A stretch of 64,000 nt of DNA from Carcharhinus longimanus (lineage: Eukaryota): assembly GCA_030264375.1 (NCBI GenBank), contig JASCQW010000032.1, positions 30,241,016 through 30,305,015 of the forward strand, written 5' to 3'. Under the pieces are notes generated by a model that had not been told where the DNA came from, did not search any database, and saw only the letters and a list, made by a program, of their open reading frames with translations. The translations under genes were made by a program, and so were the position numbers. Below are positions 1 through 12,036 of the stretch, piece after piece; within the stretch, counting starts at the first letter, position 1; the number at the start of each line of letters is the position of its first letter.

Positions 1-94
1 CGTTAAATAGGTATGTGCCAACCCACTGGGCCATTATTCCTGTTACTTTTGGCATGATTAAAGCATACAACAAAATAACAAAGCTTGTCCGGCT

Positions 95-396
95 GAGGGG
101 GTATAACAGACAGCAAAGATGGAAATTGTTCAGCTTTTTCTCCTGCCTAGCGTATACTGTCCAAATCTCACCACTGTAGGAAATTGTACTGAGAACACCA
201 CCTTGGTAGGTGCACAGTTTGGTATTCTCAATCGTGTTGCTGTAGTTCTACATTCTCTAATTCGGCCTGGACATAACAGCTGCAGTGTTTGCAATGTGCG
301 TGTTGACTTCAGCATCAATTCACAGATTGGCTGGGAATTGATGATATGAGAAACCTAACAATCTCCAGTGTTACATTGTCAGTGCTGATAGATGAT
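95..396 (-). mobile_element. RTE-clade LINE reverse transcriptase C-terminal fragment (decayed)
   Basis: Minus-strand translation DAEVNTHIANTAAVMSRPN*RM*NYSNTIENTKLCTYQGGVLSTISYSGEIWTVYARQEKKLNNFHLCCL matches the RTE post-RT pattern (TKxxVYxAxVLSTLLYxxExWT); in-frame stops. Confidence 0.85.
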
Positions 397-496
397 NNNN
401 NNNNNNNNNNNNNNNNNNNNNNNNNNNNNNNNNNNNNNNNNNNNNNNNNNNNNNNNNNNNNNNNNNNNNNNNNNNNNNNNNNNNNNNNNNNNNNNN

Positions 497-577
497 GCCG
501 CAGGGATCGGTGCTGGGGCCTCAACTGTTTACCATTTACATAGACGATCTGGAGGAGGGGGCTGAGTGTAGGGCAAC
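497..577 (+). mobile_element. CR1 LINE RT fragment next to gap
   Basis: Reads PQGSVLGPQLFTIYIDDLEEGAECR, the canonical LINE RT PQGSVLGP motif. Confidence 0.9.
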
Positions 578-729
578 AGGTTGCATTATATCTGTGTTTG
601 TGCATTGTTCTTCTCCTAAATAAAAATATCTGGGTAAAACTTTAATTAAGAAGCTGGTTGCAGTATCTGAATTGGACAAATACAACACGTATGAGGAGAG
701 ATTCAGTTGGTTAAAATTATATTTTTTGA

Positions 730-1040
730 TGTTCAGAAGAATGGGGGGGATCTCATAGAAGCCTATAAAATTCTGACAGGAAAAATGTGCCCGATGTGGG
801 AGAGCCCAGAACCAGAGATCACAGTCTGAGGATACAGGATAAATCTTTTAGGAATGAATGAGGAGAAATTCCTTCACCCAGAGAGTGGCAGGCCTGTGCA
901 ATTCGTTACTGCAGAAAGCACTCGAGACCAAAATATTGTCTGTTTTCTAGGAGTTAAATATAGCTCTTGGGGCAAAAGTGATTCAAAGGATATGTGGGGA
1001 GAGATGGGATCAGGCTACTGAATTGGACGATCAGCCATAA
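730..1040 (+). mobile_element. CR1 LINE 3' end
   Basis: GDLIEAYKILTG-coding DNA followed by the FTQRV-type segment and CR1 3' UTR start. Confidence 0.8.
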
Positions 1041-1047
1041 ACATAAT

Positions 1048-1785
1048 TTTTTCGAAGAGATGATTAGGTGTGTAGGTGGGGACAAGCATTTGACATAATC
1101 TACTTGGACTTCAGCAAGGCTTTTGACAAGTCCCACATGGGAGACTGACAGCAAAGGTAAGAGCACATGGGATCCAAGGAAATTTGACAAATTGGATCCA
1201 TAATTGCCTGAGAGGCAGGAATTACAGGGTGGTGGTCAAGGAGTGTTTTTTGGACTGGAAGACCGTGTCCACTGGGTTCCCTCAGGGATTAGTGTTGGGC
1301 CCTTGCAGTTTGTGATTTATATAAACAAATTAGACTTGAATGTAGGAGAGTTGATCAGTAAGTTCGTGGATGATATGAAAATTGATATGGTGGTAAATAG
1401 TCTTAGATTACAGGAGGATAATAGACAGGCTGGTCAGGTGGGCTGCTCAGTGGCAAATAGTGATGAACTCAGGCAGGACAAAAAAGACAAGGGAATACAT
1501 GATGAATGACAGGACCCTGGGAAGCACTGAAGATCAGAGGGACCTTGGTGTGCACGTAGACTGGTCCCTTATGTTAACAGGACAGATGGATAAAGTAGTT
1601 AAGTTGGCATATGATCTCCTTTATTAGACGAGGCAGAATTTAAGAGCAGGGAGGTTATGTTGAAACTATAAAATGTTAGTTTGGCTACAGCTTGAGTATT
1701 TTGTGCAGTTCTGGAATACACATTATATGAAGGATGTGACAGCATTGGAAAGGGTACTGAGAAGATTTAACAGGATGCTCCTGTT
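1048..1785 (+). mobile_element. CR1 LINE RT region (decayed)
   Basis: IYLDFSKAFDK, GPLQFVIYINKLD, SKFVDDMKI and RDLGV motifs with frameshifts; interrupted at ~1786 by a SINE. Confidence 0.9.
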
Positions 1786-2105
1786 ATCATAGAATCATAT
1801 AGTACAGAAGGAGGTCATTCGGCCCATTAACTCTGCACCAACAACAATCCCACCCAGGCCCTACCTCTATAACCCCATATATTTACCTTAGCTAGTCCCT
1901 TTGACACTAAGCGGAAATTTAACATGGCCAATCCACCTACCCTGCACATCCTTGGACGCTGGGAGGAAAACAGAGCACCCAGAGGAAACCCATGCAGACA
2001 TGGGGAGAACATGCAGATTCCACACAGGCAGTGACCCAACTGAGAATCAAACCCGGTCCCTGGCGCTGTGAGGCAGCAGTGCTAACCACTTGCCACCGTG
2101 CCGCC
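1786..2105 (-). mobile_element. HE1-type tRNA-derived (V-domain) SINE, full length
   Basis: Reverse complement begins GGCGGCACGGTGGCAAGTGGTTAGCACTGCTGCCTCACAGCGCCAGGGACC (A-box/B-box head) and ends in a CR1-like tail with TATGATTC repeats. Confidence 0.93.
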
Positions 2106-2639
2106 TAAGGCTGAACAACTTTCTGTCAGTTCTGGTATGTTAGTAGACACCCTCTGTAGATGAATGCATATGACAACAGCAAAGAATATGGCAAAGAGGG
2201 TTGGTGTCAGAAAACAACACTGTTTGATCGCACTGCAGATTTCAAAGAGTTTCCATGTTGCCCATCAGGGCCACCACCCATCATGCTGTCATGGAAAAAG
2301 ATCACATTGAGCAGCTTTGGTGGGCAGCCAATTTAATCCAACAACTCAAACTGACAACGTCTTCTCACATGGTTGAATGCCTTGGTGAGGCTTTTGAAGG
2401 TAATATATAGTTTTGTCCTCTAGTTCGAGACTAACATCACTGTAATAGAACCTGTCATTGAAGCCAAGTGCTTCACTTTCATTAGTTACAGAAGAGACCC
2501 AAATGGGAAGACTCTGAATGCACTCAGAATTTGAAGTCCAATAGATTGCTAGGCAGTGTGCCAGTGCCTACAGTTATAACTTTGCCAGACCAACCAGGTT
2601 TCCTTCAATGCAGGGAATGCTAGGGGTCACATATGAAGG

Positions 2640-3160
2640 GACCAAAAAGGTAGCAGCAGCTGCGAAGAGAATGTCTGCATTGAAATCAGTGGCAGGGGAA
2701 GTCATCACTGATTGCATTGAACAGTTGGAGAGGTGAAACGCTACCTTGAGTTGTACTCTAGGAAGTATGCTGTTATCAAAGAAGTGCTAGCAACTGAGGA
2801 GAGTTTGCCTGTCATGGCAGAACTGGATATTGAACTCATCACTCATGGGAAACCAGCGTTCTTGCAGCATTGCATGAACTTCTTTGTCTCTGTTATGGGA
2901 CGGAGGGGAAGGCACAATACCCCAGAATATTTATAATCCAAAAATTGTGTGATCCTGTACAACAACAAGGATGACCACAGCATTTGCAACAATATCAATG
3001 CATCTCCCTGCTGAGTAGCATTTGTCCATGTTGCTGTTATCAAACTGCACAAGATTCTGATTGAACATATCTGCCCTGAATCCCAGGGTGCTTTCAGAAC
3101 TAGAAGATCCACAATTGATATGATCTTCTCACTCCAACAGCGGCAAGAGAAATGCCATAA
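2640..3160 (+). mobile_element. RTE-clade LINE RT N-terminal fragment
   Basis: Reads LYNNKDDHSICNN..ISLLS..ICPESQGAFRTRRSTIDMIFSLQQRQEKC, the RTE PESQxGFRxxRSTxDMIF signature. Confidence 0.85.
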
Positions 3161-5000
3161 CCTGATTACACACTTAAATTCTAATGAAGTTGAGCATGCT
3201 CTAGTAAAGACATCAGTTTGCAGGTCGATGTGCAGCTCTGCCTGTCCTAGTTATCATGTTACGATTTGACAGTGCAATGCAACAAATCCTTGTGCAAATT
3301 TGCACTGATACTGTATAACACTAATTTCCTAGATTAGGAGCAGCTCAACATTGGCAGTAGCTGGAGGTTGCAATAAAACAATTATCGCCTGGACTTACCT
3401 ACATATTAGTGTTGATAGCATTAGATTTTAGGAGTGACATCTAATGTACAATAATATTATAGTTCCAGACATTATACATCAATTTTGTGAAAGTTACCAG
3501 TTTACTTTCAATTTGTTAATTCATTGGCCTGTCTTGTGTACATCTTCCAGTTCTTTTCTTTCTTCATAAAAATCCTCTGTGTTAGATCTATTGCTGAAGT
3601 ATTTTTTCAAGTAAGTTCAGCAGTTAATTTGGTTCCCACAGTGCATGCAGCCAAACTGGAATTAAGCCCATTAGATCTAATAAAATAGTGCAACCAACTA
3701 CAAGCAATCCCCATAGCCATTCAACTTCCAGAATGGGTATGTCTCAAGAACTGAAGATTCAGGGTCTTTGCGATATGTAATGGCGATTTACTTAGGACAT
3801 TGTTCCTAGACTTAGTGTAAATGGTTGTCAAGTTGAAGAAACAAAAATCTGCCTGCATAGATAAACCTGTAATTTTATTAACAGCTGTATTTTCAATATG
3901 GCTACAACACTTAAACATGAGAAACTATTCACCTAATGCACTCCATTTTTAAATAAAACATGATCATCTGCAGAAATAATACACAGTAGAATTCAGTGAG
4001 CTATTAATGTAAAATATTGTTTCTGAATAGAAACATTGACTCCCAAACATTTCTAAAATTGTTCACATAGACAACGTCATTAGAGAGTTGTCTTAAACTG
4101 GAATAGTACTAACAGTTAAAGACAACATTACTATATGGGAATGGAAGTGTAACCAATTCATTTTTAATCTTAGAGAAACCCAATCAGAAGTGAAACCCAC
4201 ATAAAGAATGTAAGAAAGCCCATTTCAAGAATTCATTGATTATTGTTCTTCTTTCCTCTTTCTGCAAGAATTGGTGATAGCTAGAGGTTACAATAAAACA
4301 TGACTGCCTGCAGTTATCTGGCATCAGTGCTAAGATGCCACAGGGATTCAGAAACGACTTCCAGCACACCATAACATTATCAACCGTCAGACATTCTGAT
4401 ATACTCTTTATTACTAAACCTAAAAGTTAGTATTTTTATGATAGTATATTTTAAACTAATTACTGATTCAATATAGTAGTATATTGAATTTTAATATCAC
4501 ATTTACCTGGCTGCACTTTTGGTATGCTTCAAAAAAATACAACTGAACTGGAAATCAGAACATCAGATAAAGTACTAACATGCGATAAAAGATATTTATT
4601 TATAGATACTTTGAAATTATCAGATATACTGTAAGTCACTAGTTGGTACAGATTTTCTTTCACTCATATCAGTATGAAGGACAAAAGTAAAAGATTTTGA
4701 TTTGCCTCTGGAATGCAGTGGATTGAGAACCCCTGAGGAAGTCATGTCATACTGCTTCAGTCCAACAACTCATCAACTATAATTCCACTGCATTGTCAAA
4801 ATATGTTTAAAAAGTGGTCAGTAATTGGGAAAAAACACTTTCTAAAATGGTGGAAAGGGAATAAAATGTAAAATATGACAAGGGCATTACGTACAATATA
4901 ATCAATAATGATTATAATGTTTCTTATTTATATAAATCCAGGAAATGCTGCAAATATTCATCAGATCTAACAGCGTCTGTGGAAAGAGATCAGAGTTAAT

Positions 5001-5126
5001 GGGCTGGATTATCTGATCTCACCTGCAGCTGGGATTCTCCCATCCCGCTGAGATTTGGATGAGTGCCATATTCTCCATTTTTGCTGGAAGCGATGGAGAG
5101 GCGTGAATGAATGGAGAATTCTGGCC
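5001..5126. mobile_element. Short MITE-like element (Harbinger/PHIS-like termini), 3-bp TSD AAT
   Basis: Ends GGGCTGGATT / GAATTCTGGCC with AAT on both sides; removing it restores the PLE terminus gagttAATgtttcag. Confidence 0.75.
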
Positions 5127-5408
5127 AATGTTTCAGCTTTTTGATTTTTCATCAAACTGGAAAAAGCTTGAAATGTAATAGTTTTTGAGCAAGTGAAAGG
5201 GGAGACATTGGGTTAACACAAAAGGGAAGGTCTGTGATAGGGGGATGTCAGGAGAGATTAAATGACAAAAGGTTTCTTGGTATAAAACTAAAGAGATTGG
5301 GACAAATGAAGACTCACAAGATGTGTTTAGAAGAAGTGCAATCATTTGAATGCAAAGTGAAGGAAACGAATGAAATGGAGATGTTACAATTCTGGATGAG
5401 TCCCACTT

Positions 5409-5890
5409 TGTTACGATCCCAGCTGATTTGATACTGGACAAGCCTAATCCCAAGGTGAAACCTGGCTTGATAGATCCTAACTTTTATGTTTTTTTTAAAC
5501 TGTGGAGAATCAATACTAAACATATTGACCTGAGTCTGCTCGTGTACTTTTAACGCAAAGTATAAAATGTTTGTTAAAGAATAAAATGAACTATATTATG
5601 CCAGAAAAATGGTTGGAAAGATTTCAATACAAATATGAAAATTATTCAAATAGTCACAATTTTTTCACTCCAATTATATCTTTGCAGATATATTCAAATT
5701 TGTAAGTATAATATAATTTACAATATCCATATTTATAGTTGAATACTGAGGGTAAGTATGCGGTACGTGCAAATTAATGGGTGAACTGAGGTTGAACACA
5801 CCACGCCCAAAATGAATGACAGATTCCACCAAAGTAGATTCCATGGATTACTCATCAAAACCTAATCCTGATGCTTGTTGCACCCTGAAC
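5409..5890 (-). mobile_element. Partial LTR (3' part) nested in the Penelope element
   Basis: Starts TGTTACG (..CGTAACA on minus); its minus-strand end loosely resembles the 3' end of the solo LTR at 8867-9548; the other boundary is not defined. Confidence 0.5.
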
Positions 5891-6189
5891 TAATTGGTCT
5901 CACTGAAACTCTGTGATGGAGGATGATCCATTGAATAATGAATCTATTGGGGTGAAAGGTGAGGAGAAACTCTATAAAGCTTCTGGGAGGGATGGAAAGC
6001 ATGAGAGCAGAAGAGCATGAAGTAGCATGGAGATGGAGAAACTGTGAGAATGGCATAATGTTCTTCCAGGAAACTGGGTGTACCTGTCGGTGTCAGTGGG
6101 TTTATAGTGAGTATAAGTTGACAGCCTATCCCCAGAAATGGAGAGAGAGAAGTAGGGAAGGGAGAATTTTGAGGTAGACCTTGAAGGTG

Positions 6190-6577
6190 AGTTCTTTTTT
6201 CTTTCATTTCTCTCTAATCTCCTTTATTTTGCACTTGGATGGCAGTTATCCTGCCACTCAACTTCCTTTTAACAAATATTTTGTCTTTTTACTTGTGCCT
6301 TTGGCCTTGCACCATGAAACCTTTTGTCATTTAATTGCTCCTGCCCTCCACCAATCTTAGACCTTCCTTTTGTTTCTTTTCCCAACACCAGCCCCACTAC
6401 CCCCACCGTTTTGTAAACATCTTTCACTTGCTGAAAACCTATTACGTTGCTAACTTTTCCCAGTGTTGTGAAAGCTCTTGGACTTGAAATGTCGAATCTA
6501 TTTTTGTTTCCACCGATGCTGGTTATTTCCAGAATTTTCTATTTTTCAGATTTCCAGAATCTGCAATATTTTGCCTT
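6190..6577 (+). mobile_element. Penelope terminal repeat, inverted relative to 4933-5395
   Basis: GAAACCTTTTGTCATTTAAT (6316-6335) is the exact reverse complement of 5257-5276, and similarity extends along the block. Confidence 0.8.
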
Positions 6578-6714
6578 CGTCCAGCATTTATTTAATGCCT
6601 TTAAAATACAAAATTACCCTAAGGGACCTGTCATCCACACTAGGGGAAAGTCATTGGCTGAGAAAATGGAAGACCAATTGGAAGTGCTGGTATGGAAGGT
6701 TGCACTCTCTGAAG

Positions 6715-6835
6715 TGATGTGACAGCGATGCGGGCCTTGACAGGTCCATGCTATCTCATATACTTCTGTCTTCACCCTTTTCTCTCCCGCTCCGAAACAT
6801 GATAGCGTTTCCTTATCCTTAACTTCCACCCTTCT
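6715..6835 (+). mobile_element. Second Penelope RT fragment
   Basis: RALDRS... followed by TTCCACCC (FHP) resembles the PLE RALDR..RVPLVLTFHP region. Confidence 0.55.
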
Positions 6836-7029
6836 TCGTGGGATGTAATCAGACAAAAAGGGACGCCAACTCAAAAAATAACATTGAGAAGAATGATCAA
6901 AAAAAAATGGGGTTTTAAGGTGGGTCTAAAAACAAAGGAAAATGAAGAAGAAGTTTAAATAGGTAACACAGAATTGTGGGGACTGATAGTGATGGCCCAG
7001 AGCATATGTTTCTTCTATATTAAACATCT

Positions 7030-8320
7030 ATTGTCACTGTAGAGGCCGATTCTTGAATGGCAATCCATTCCACCACTGGCACAGGCGAATAGCATTGGCC
7101 CAAGGTGGACTGATGTTTCTCCCTTTGGTGGACTCTCTTTTCCATCATCTCATCATTTCTTACATCTTCTGCTTTTTCCATGCTCTTCCTGACTTTCTCC
7201 AGGCACTCCGCTCATTAACGAGGACTTCCCATGCAATGACTCTGATCCCAATCAACTTCAAGTCTTGCTTGTGGATATCCTTATATTGCAGACATGGATG
7301 ACCTGCTGGTATTGTGTCAATAGCAAGCTTTCTGTAGACTGTATCCATACTAATCACATGACCTAGTCAATTGAGTTGTCATTGAAACACGAAGGCAAAC
7401 ATTCTGGGGATCCCCGCATACTGATGGACTTCCATACTTGGCACTCTGTCTTGCCAGGAGATGCCCAATATTGTCTGAGGCAGCCAAAGTGGAAGTTGTT
7501 CAGCCACGTTTCTTGGCGTGCATAAGTTGTTCATGACTTAGTCCACTAGAACAAGAGGGCACAACCTCAGGCTAAAGGGATGATCTTTTAAAACAGAGAT
7601 GAGAAGGAATTTCTTCAGCGAGAGAGTGGTGAATCCATGGAATCCTTTGCCGCAGAAGACTGTGGAGGCCAAGTCATTGAGTATTTTTAAGACAAAGATA
7701 GATAGGTTCTTGATTGATAAGGGGATCAGGGTTTTTGGGGAAAAAGCAGTGGGGATGAGAAAAAAAAATCAGCCATGATTGAGTGGCAGAGCAGACTCGA
7801 TGGACCACATGGCCTAATTCTGCTCCTATGCCTTATGATCTCATGGTCTAAAGGAGAATGTTGAGAACACAAGCAATGTAGATAAGGGGCTTTGTATTTT
7901 TATTTTATTTGCTGTCAGTCCATATTTGATGTCTCGGCTTTGACAGAACAGATCTGTATCCTCAGCACCCTCGTGCTGATTTTGGCATCAAGGGACAGGT
8001 TGCTGGTAATTGTTGATACAAGGTATGTGAAGCTGCTGGTGACCTCCAGAGTGAGGTGGTGAATGTTGATGGGAAGTGGAGTCTCTACATCCTGGCTCAT
8101 AACTTTGGCCTCCTGGATTCTGACTGTCGGTTCAAACACCTTGGTTCTCCTGGACTTGCAATCTATAAGCTGTTGTAAATGAACTTCAGTATGGCATGCC
8201 AGCATGTTGTTATCAGCAAACGGCAACTCACGGACTAGGACAATTACACACTTCAGTCTTGGTGCACCATCTTGTCAAGTTGAACAGCTTGCCATCAACT
8301 CAATACCTCAGAACTAATCC
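7030..8320 (-). mobile_element. RTE-clade LINE 3' half, split by a CR1 insertion
   Basis: ORF 7915-8226 FADNN..LQQLID..FTYLVSTITSNLSLDAKISTR and ORF 7160-7357 GHPCLQYKDIHKQDLK..WEVLVNERSAWR are RTE RT and C-terminal motifs. Confidence 0.88.
7538..7849 (+). mobile_element. CR1 3' end inserted into the RTE element
   Basis: RTRGHNLRL..FKTEMRRNFFSERVVNPWN followed by 3' UTR GGCCTAATTCTGCTCCTATG and short tail repeats. Confidence 0.9.
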
Positions 8321-8521
8321 TTGACATCTGGGGTGGATTTGATGTCCGGACATAGATGCACATGAGGTTAACTTGGCCCATGTTTGTTGACAAAGAGTAA
8401 GAAGTTTCTCTAATCTTTCTGTGGAAGGTTAAATCATGCTAATAGTAGAGATTTTATGGCAAAATTCTACTCCATGCTCGGGTGTTGCCTCTTAAGTGTT
8501 CCCCTGCCAGAAGAACATGTA

Positions 8522-8723
8522 GGGCAATATTTTCCAGCTGGTGGGATCTTGCGGTCGTGCCAATGGTGACCTCCCATTGCAGGTTCCCCAGCAGCAGAGG
8601 GTGCAAACAATGGAACGCCCCACTGACAGCAGTGGGACCATAGGATCCTGCTGCCGACCAATGACATGCTGTCTCTATTGCCACAAAACAGAGGGGGGAG
8701 GGTCGTGCATGCAAAATCCTGCC
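8522..8723. mobile_element. MITE-like element
   Basis: Imperfect terminal inverted repeats GGGCAATATTTTCC / GCAAAATCCTGCC; no clean TSD. Confidence 0.5.
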
Positions 8724-8866
8724 ACGGTATTTCTTTTTAAAGGATCCACTTTGAGTAAACCTAGCTTCTTGCAGTGCAGCAGTGTTCATGTCGAGCCATG
8801 TAAATTGTTTTTTAATCACTGCTGTCTTGCATGCTGTAGGTTATTGGCAATGCTAGAATGGATGGT

Positions 8867-9548
8867 TGTGATGATACTGTGTTCTTAACATATTTTATGT
8901 TTCGGGGGAATTGCTTTGAGATTCATTGTTTTGTTACAGTCAGTTTGTCAGGGAGGTATACAGCAGATGCTGGAAAGTATGAAACTTACTGAATTTAGCC
9001 ATGTAAGTGTTTATTTAGCTGAAGGCTTAATGAGGTTTGGGTTATGAAAGAAGAGGATCCTTGGACGTTTGATTAAAGTAATGGAAAGATGAGATAGGTA
9101 TACAGGGTCATAAAGTCATGTATTAGAAATGGAAAGAGCTAGGTTTGTAGCTGGGGGATATTTAAAGATAGCAGCCTACAAGCAGCTGTCTTTCTCTACA
9201 AAATTGCTCTGCCAACTCCAAAGTAATTAACAAAGGTTAAAACAAGTATGACTTGATTTGCTAATTATTTTTAAAGTGGGGCTTAAATCAATAAGAGAAA
9301 TATTGCTTGATTGGAACTGAATAGTAATAAGCTAGTAGTTAAGAGTTTCTTTTCATGTTTAAAAATTGTTCAATTAACTTCCATTTTGTTAGTGTTATAC
9401 TTAAACTGAATAAGGCTTGTTTTGTTGAAAAGATCCCTAATTTGTCAATGGAATTACTCCTGGACTAAAGCATCCTTTCCTCGCATTTTGTTGGGGTCTA
9501 GCCTGGCTTCATAATATGCCATGGTGGTTCTGATCTGGTGTCCAAACA
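8867..9548 (+). mobile_element. Solo LTR with 4-bp TSD TGGT
   Basis: TGT..ACA termini flanked by TGGT at 8863-8866 and 9549-9552; ~680 bp with no ORF. Confidence 0.75.
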
Positions 9549-10479
9549 TGGTTCTTATGTTCCAACTTGTGATACAAAAGACTGGTATCTTCTTCACTGG
9601 GTTTGCTGCATTGCTTAGTGAATTGCCTGTCAAGAGTTGACTCTCTAAGTTCTAAACACCCATTGAAGCAAGTAGACTGTGTTGGTACAGCACCTAAATT
9701 AATTTCAGTGGGGCAAGAGGGCATCTAGCCAGTGTAAAATGGAAGTAAAAATTGTCAGGAAAGCTGTAATGGAGCAATGGCTGATCTTTAAGGAAATAGT
9801 CTTTCAGGTACAAGCCATGTACATTCCATTACGGTGAAAGGTAGGGGAACCACACCAAGGCTGCTTTGATAACAAGAGATAGAGAAAATGCTGAAACAAA
9901 AAATATGGAGGGTGTATGATGCATGTCAAATGAATTCTTCAAACGAGGACCAGGCCAAAAAGAAAAAGTTTAAATGGGAAGTGAAAAGGAAAATAAGTCT
10001 GTCAAAGAGAGAATATGAAAATAGAATACCAGTTAATATAGAAGGCAACTCAAAAATATTTGACTGGCATGAGGTGAGGTGCAGTTCATTAGGGACATAG
10101 AGGGTGATATGTGCTGAGAGATACTGGGCTAGGTTCATTAAAATACTTCAATAAATACTGTGTACAGGTGTTTACTTAGGAAAATGATGCTTGCAAAAAT
10201 ATTAATAGAGTGGAGATGCTGGAGGTAATGGAAGAAGTGAAAAATTGATAAAAAGTTGTATTCAAAATTCTGGCTGTGTGCATAGAGTGATTAAAATGTC
10301 AGCACAGGCTGGCTTGCATCACAGGTTGTTAAAGGAAAGATAATCTTCTCTAGGTACGGGAGGAGGGGGACAGAGAATTGGAGAATGTCAAATGTGAAAC
10401 CCTTATTAAAAGGGGTGTAAGAACATTCTTAATAACTATGAGCTGTTTAATGTCTGTGGTGGGTAAGGCTTTAGAAAGA

Positions 10480-10721
10480 ATTCATTCATTCTTGTATGCT
10501 TTGCCTGAAGGCAGATCCTTGGCTCATTGCCTTTGGATGCTTCATCCTGAGCATTTTCTTGGCAGTGTTTTCCAGTGATGGTTTACAATTGCTTTCTACT
10601 CTCAGGGCAGGGCAAAGAGGCAGATCCCAAGTTGACCTCAGTTAGAGTAGGAATTGAACCAGCACTGATGGTGTAATTTTGAACTACGTGCTAGCCATCT
10701 AACCAACTAAGCTAACTGGCA
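10480..10721 (-). mobile_element. tRNA-derived SINE, probably with an RTE-related body/tail
   Basis: Minus head TTAGCTTAGTTGG (A box) and GGTTCAATTCC (B box), body AAGCAATTGTAAACCATCACT, (GAAT)n tail; interrupts the CR1. Confidence 0.7.
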
Positions 10722-11257
10722 TCCTAGAATCAATAATCGTGGGAAAAATGAACAGAAACTTGGAGAGGATTGAGTTAGTAAGGAAAGCCAGCACAAATTT
10801 GTAAAACTCAGATTGTGTTCAACTAATTTACTTTTTGTTAAAGTAACAGAGAAAATTATGGAAAAGCAAAGGATGTTATCAATATGGATTTTAAGAAAAA
10901 CTTTGACCCAGTACCACATAAAAGACTGGTTAAGAAAATTAAGGCTCATGGAATAGGAGGGCCAGTGTCAACTGTGTAAATGATTGATTTAAGGAAAGAA
11001 AAAGCAATATGAGGTTGTTTCTCATACTCCAGGATGGTTAACAGTTGTATTCCCCAAGGTTCAATGCTCGATAAAATTTTAAAATTTTCCCAGTGATACC
11101 AGACTTGGAGATGGGGCAGACATTAAGGATGATGCCAGTTACCTGCAGTATGAGATAAATAAGCTAGCAGAATGGACAGATAAATGGCAGATAGAATCTA
11201 AAACTGCGAAATATGAAGTGATGCATTTTAACAATAGGGAGAGGCAATAGAGACTTA

Positions 11258-11364
11258 GGGTGGAATTTTCCCATTCCTTGTGCCACAGCAGTGTTATGGG
11301 TGGGACAGGACAATGCAAATGTCTGTTGATTGCTCTCGCCCCAAGACGAGGGAAAGTTCCACCC
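11258..11364. mobile_element. MITE-like element in CR1
   Basis: TIRs GGGTGGAATTTTCCC / GGGAAAGTTCCCACCC. Confidence 0.65.
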
Positions 11365-11922
11365 ACGGGTGTCATATTTCTAAAGTGTATACGGGAACAA
11401 AATAATCTTGAGACTCATAAGCATTGATCTTTGAAGGTGGCAGGACACATTGGCAGAGTAAATCAGAAAGCAAATGGGGTAATTGGCTTCATAAGTAGAG
11501 GTATTGTGTACAAAATAAGGAAGTTATGCTGAATCTTCACCAAGTTCTGGTTAGGCCACAGGTAGAGACAATGAACGATTTCTGAAAAAAGGATGAGATC
11601 TTAATAAAAATGAACTTACAACAGAGCATGGAATGGGACCAATTGGATTGTTCTACAGAGAACTGGCATGAACTCAGTGTATGGAATGTTCTCCTTCTGT
11701 GTCATAATGACTCTCTAAGCTGGATTTTGTTGTCCTGACATCAGATTTGATGGGCTGAATGGCCTCCTTCTGCACTGTAGGACTTTTATGATTCTATGGA
11801 AAATGAATTTGGATAATTGCTCNNNNNNNNNNNNNNNNNNNNNNNNNNNNNNNNNNNNNNNNNNNNNNNNNNNNNNNNNNNNNNNNNNNNNNNNNNNNNN
11901 NNNNNNNNNNNNNNNNNNNNNN

Positions 11923-12036
11923 TGTCTGAGGCCAGAACTCTCCATTCACCTGACGAAGGGGCTAACCCCGAAAGCTTGTGAGTTTATTATCAAATAAATC
12001 GGTTGGACTAAAACCTGGTGTTGTCAGACTTTTTAC
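11923..12036 (+). mobile_element. Penelope-like element terminal repeat (second PLE family) abutting a gap
   Basis: Hammerhead core, then AATAAA (11993-11998), then the GTTGGACTAAAACCTGGTGTTGT terminus typical of PLE pLTR ends. Confidence 0.75.
11945..11982 (+). ncRNA. Minimal type-I hammerhead ribozyme (PLE-associated)
   Basis: TTCAC-CTGACGA-A-GGGG-CTAA-CCCC-GAAA-GC-TT-GTGAG: core boxes CUGANGA and GAAA, perfect stem II, stem I UCAC/GUGA, palindromic AGCU in place of stem III. Confidence 0.8.

Larger units (their letters stand above)
4933..6190 (-). mobile_element. Penelope-like element: RT fragment plus terminal repeat, internally deleted and carrying nested insertions
   Basis: Minus-strand GDRLSTYTHYKPTD, PFSQFLHL and LLTFHP..IQWIILHH resemble the PLE RT C-terminus (HYKPTD, IPFSQFLRL, LVLTFHP); 4933-5395 is the terminal repeat. 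Confidence 0.8.
9750..11715 (+). mobile_element. Old CR1 ORF2 plus 3' UTR, decayed, with nested insertions
   Basis: REYENRIPVNIEGNSKIF, PQGS, LAEWTDKWQIE and KANGVIGFISRG-type CR1 motifs across frameshifts. Confidence 0.85.
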
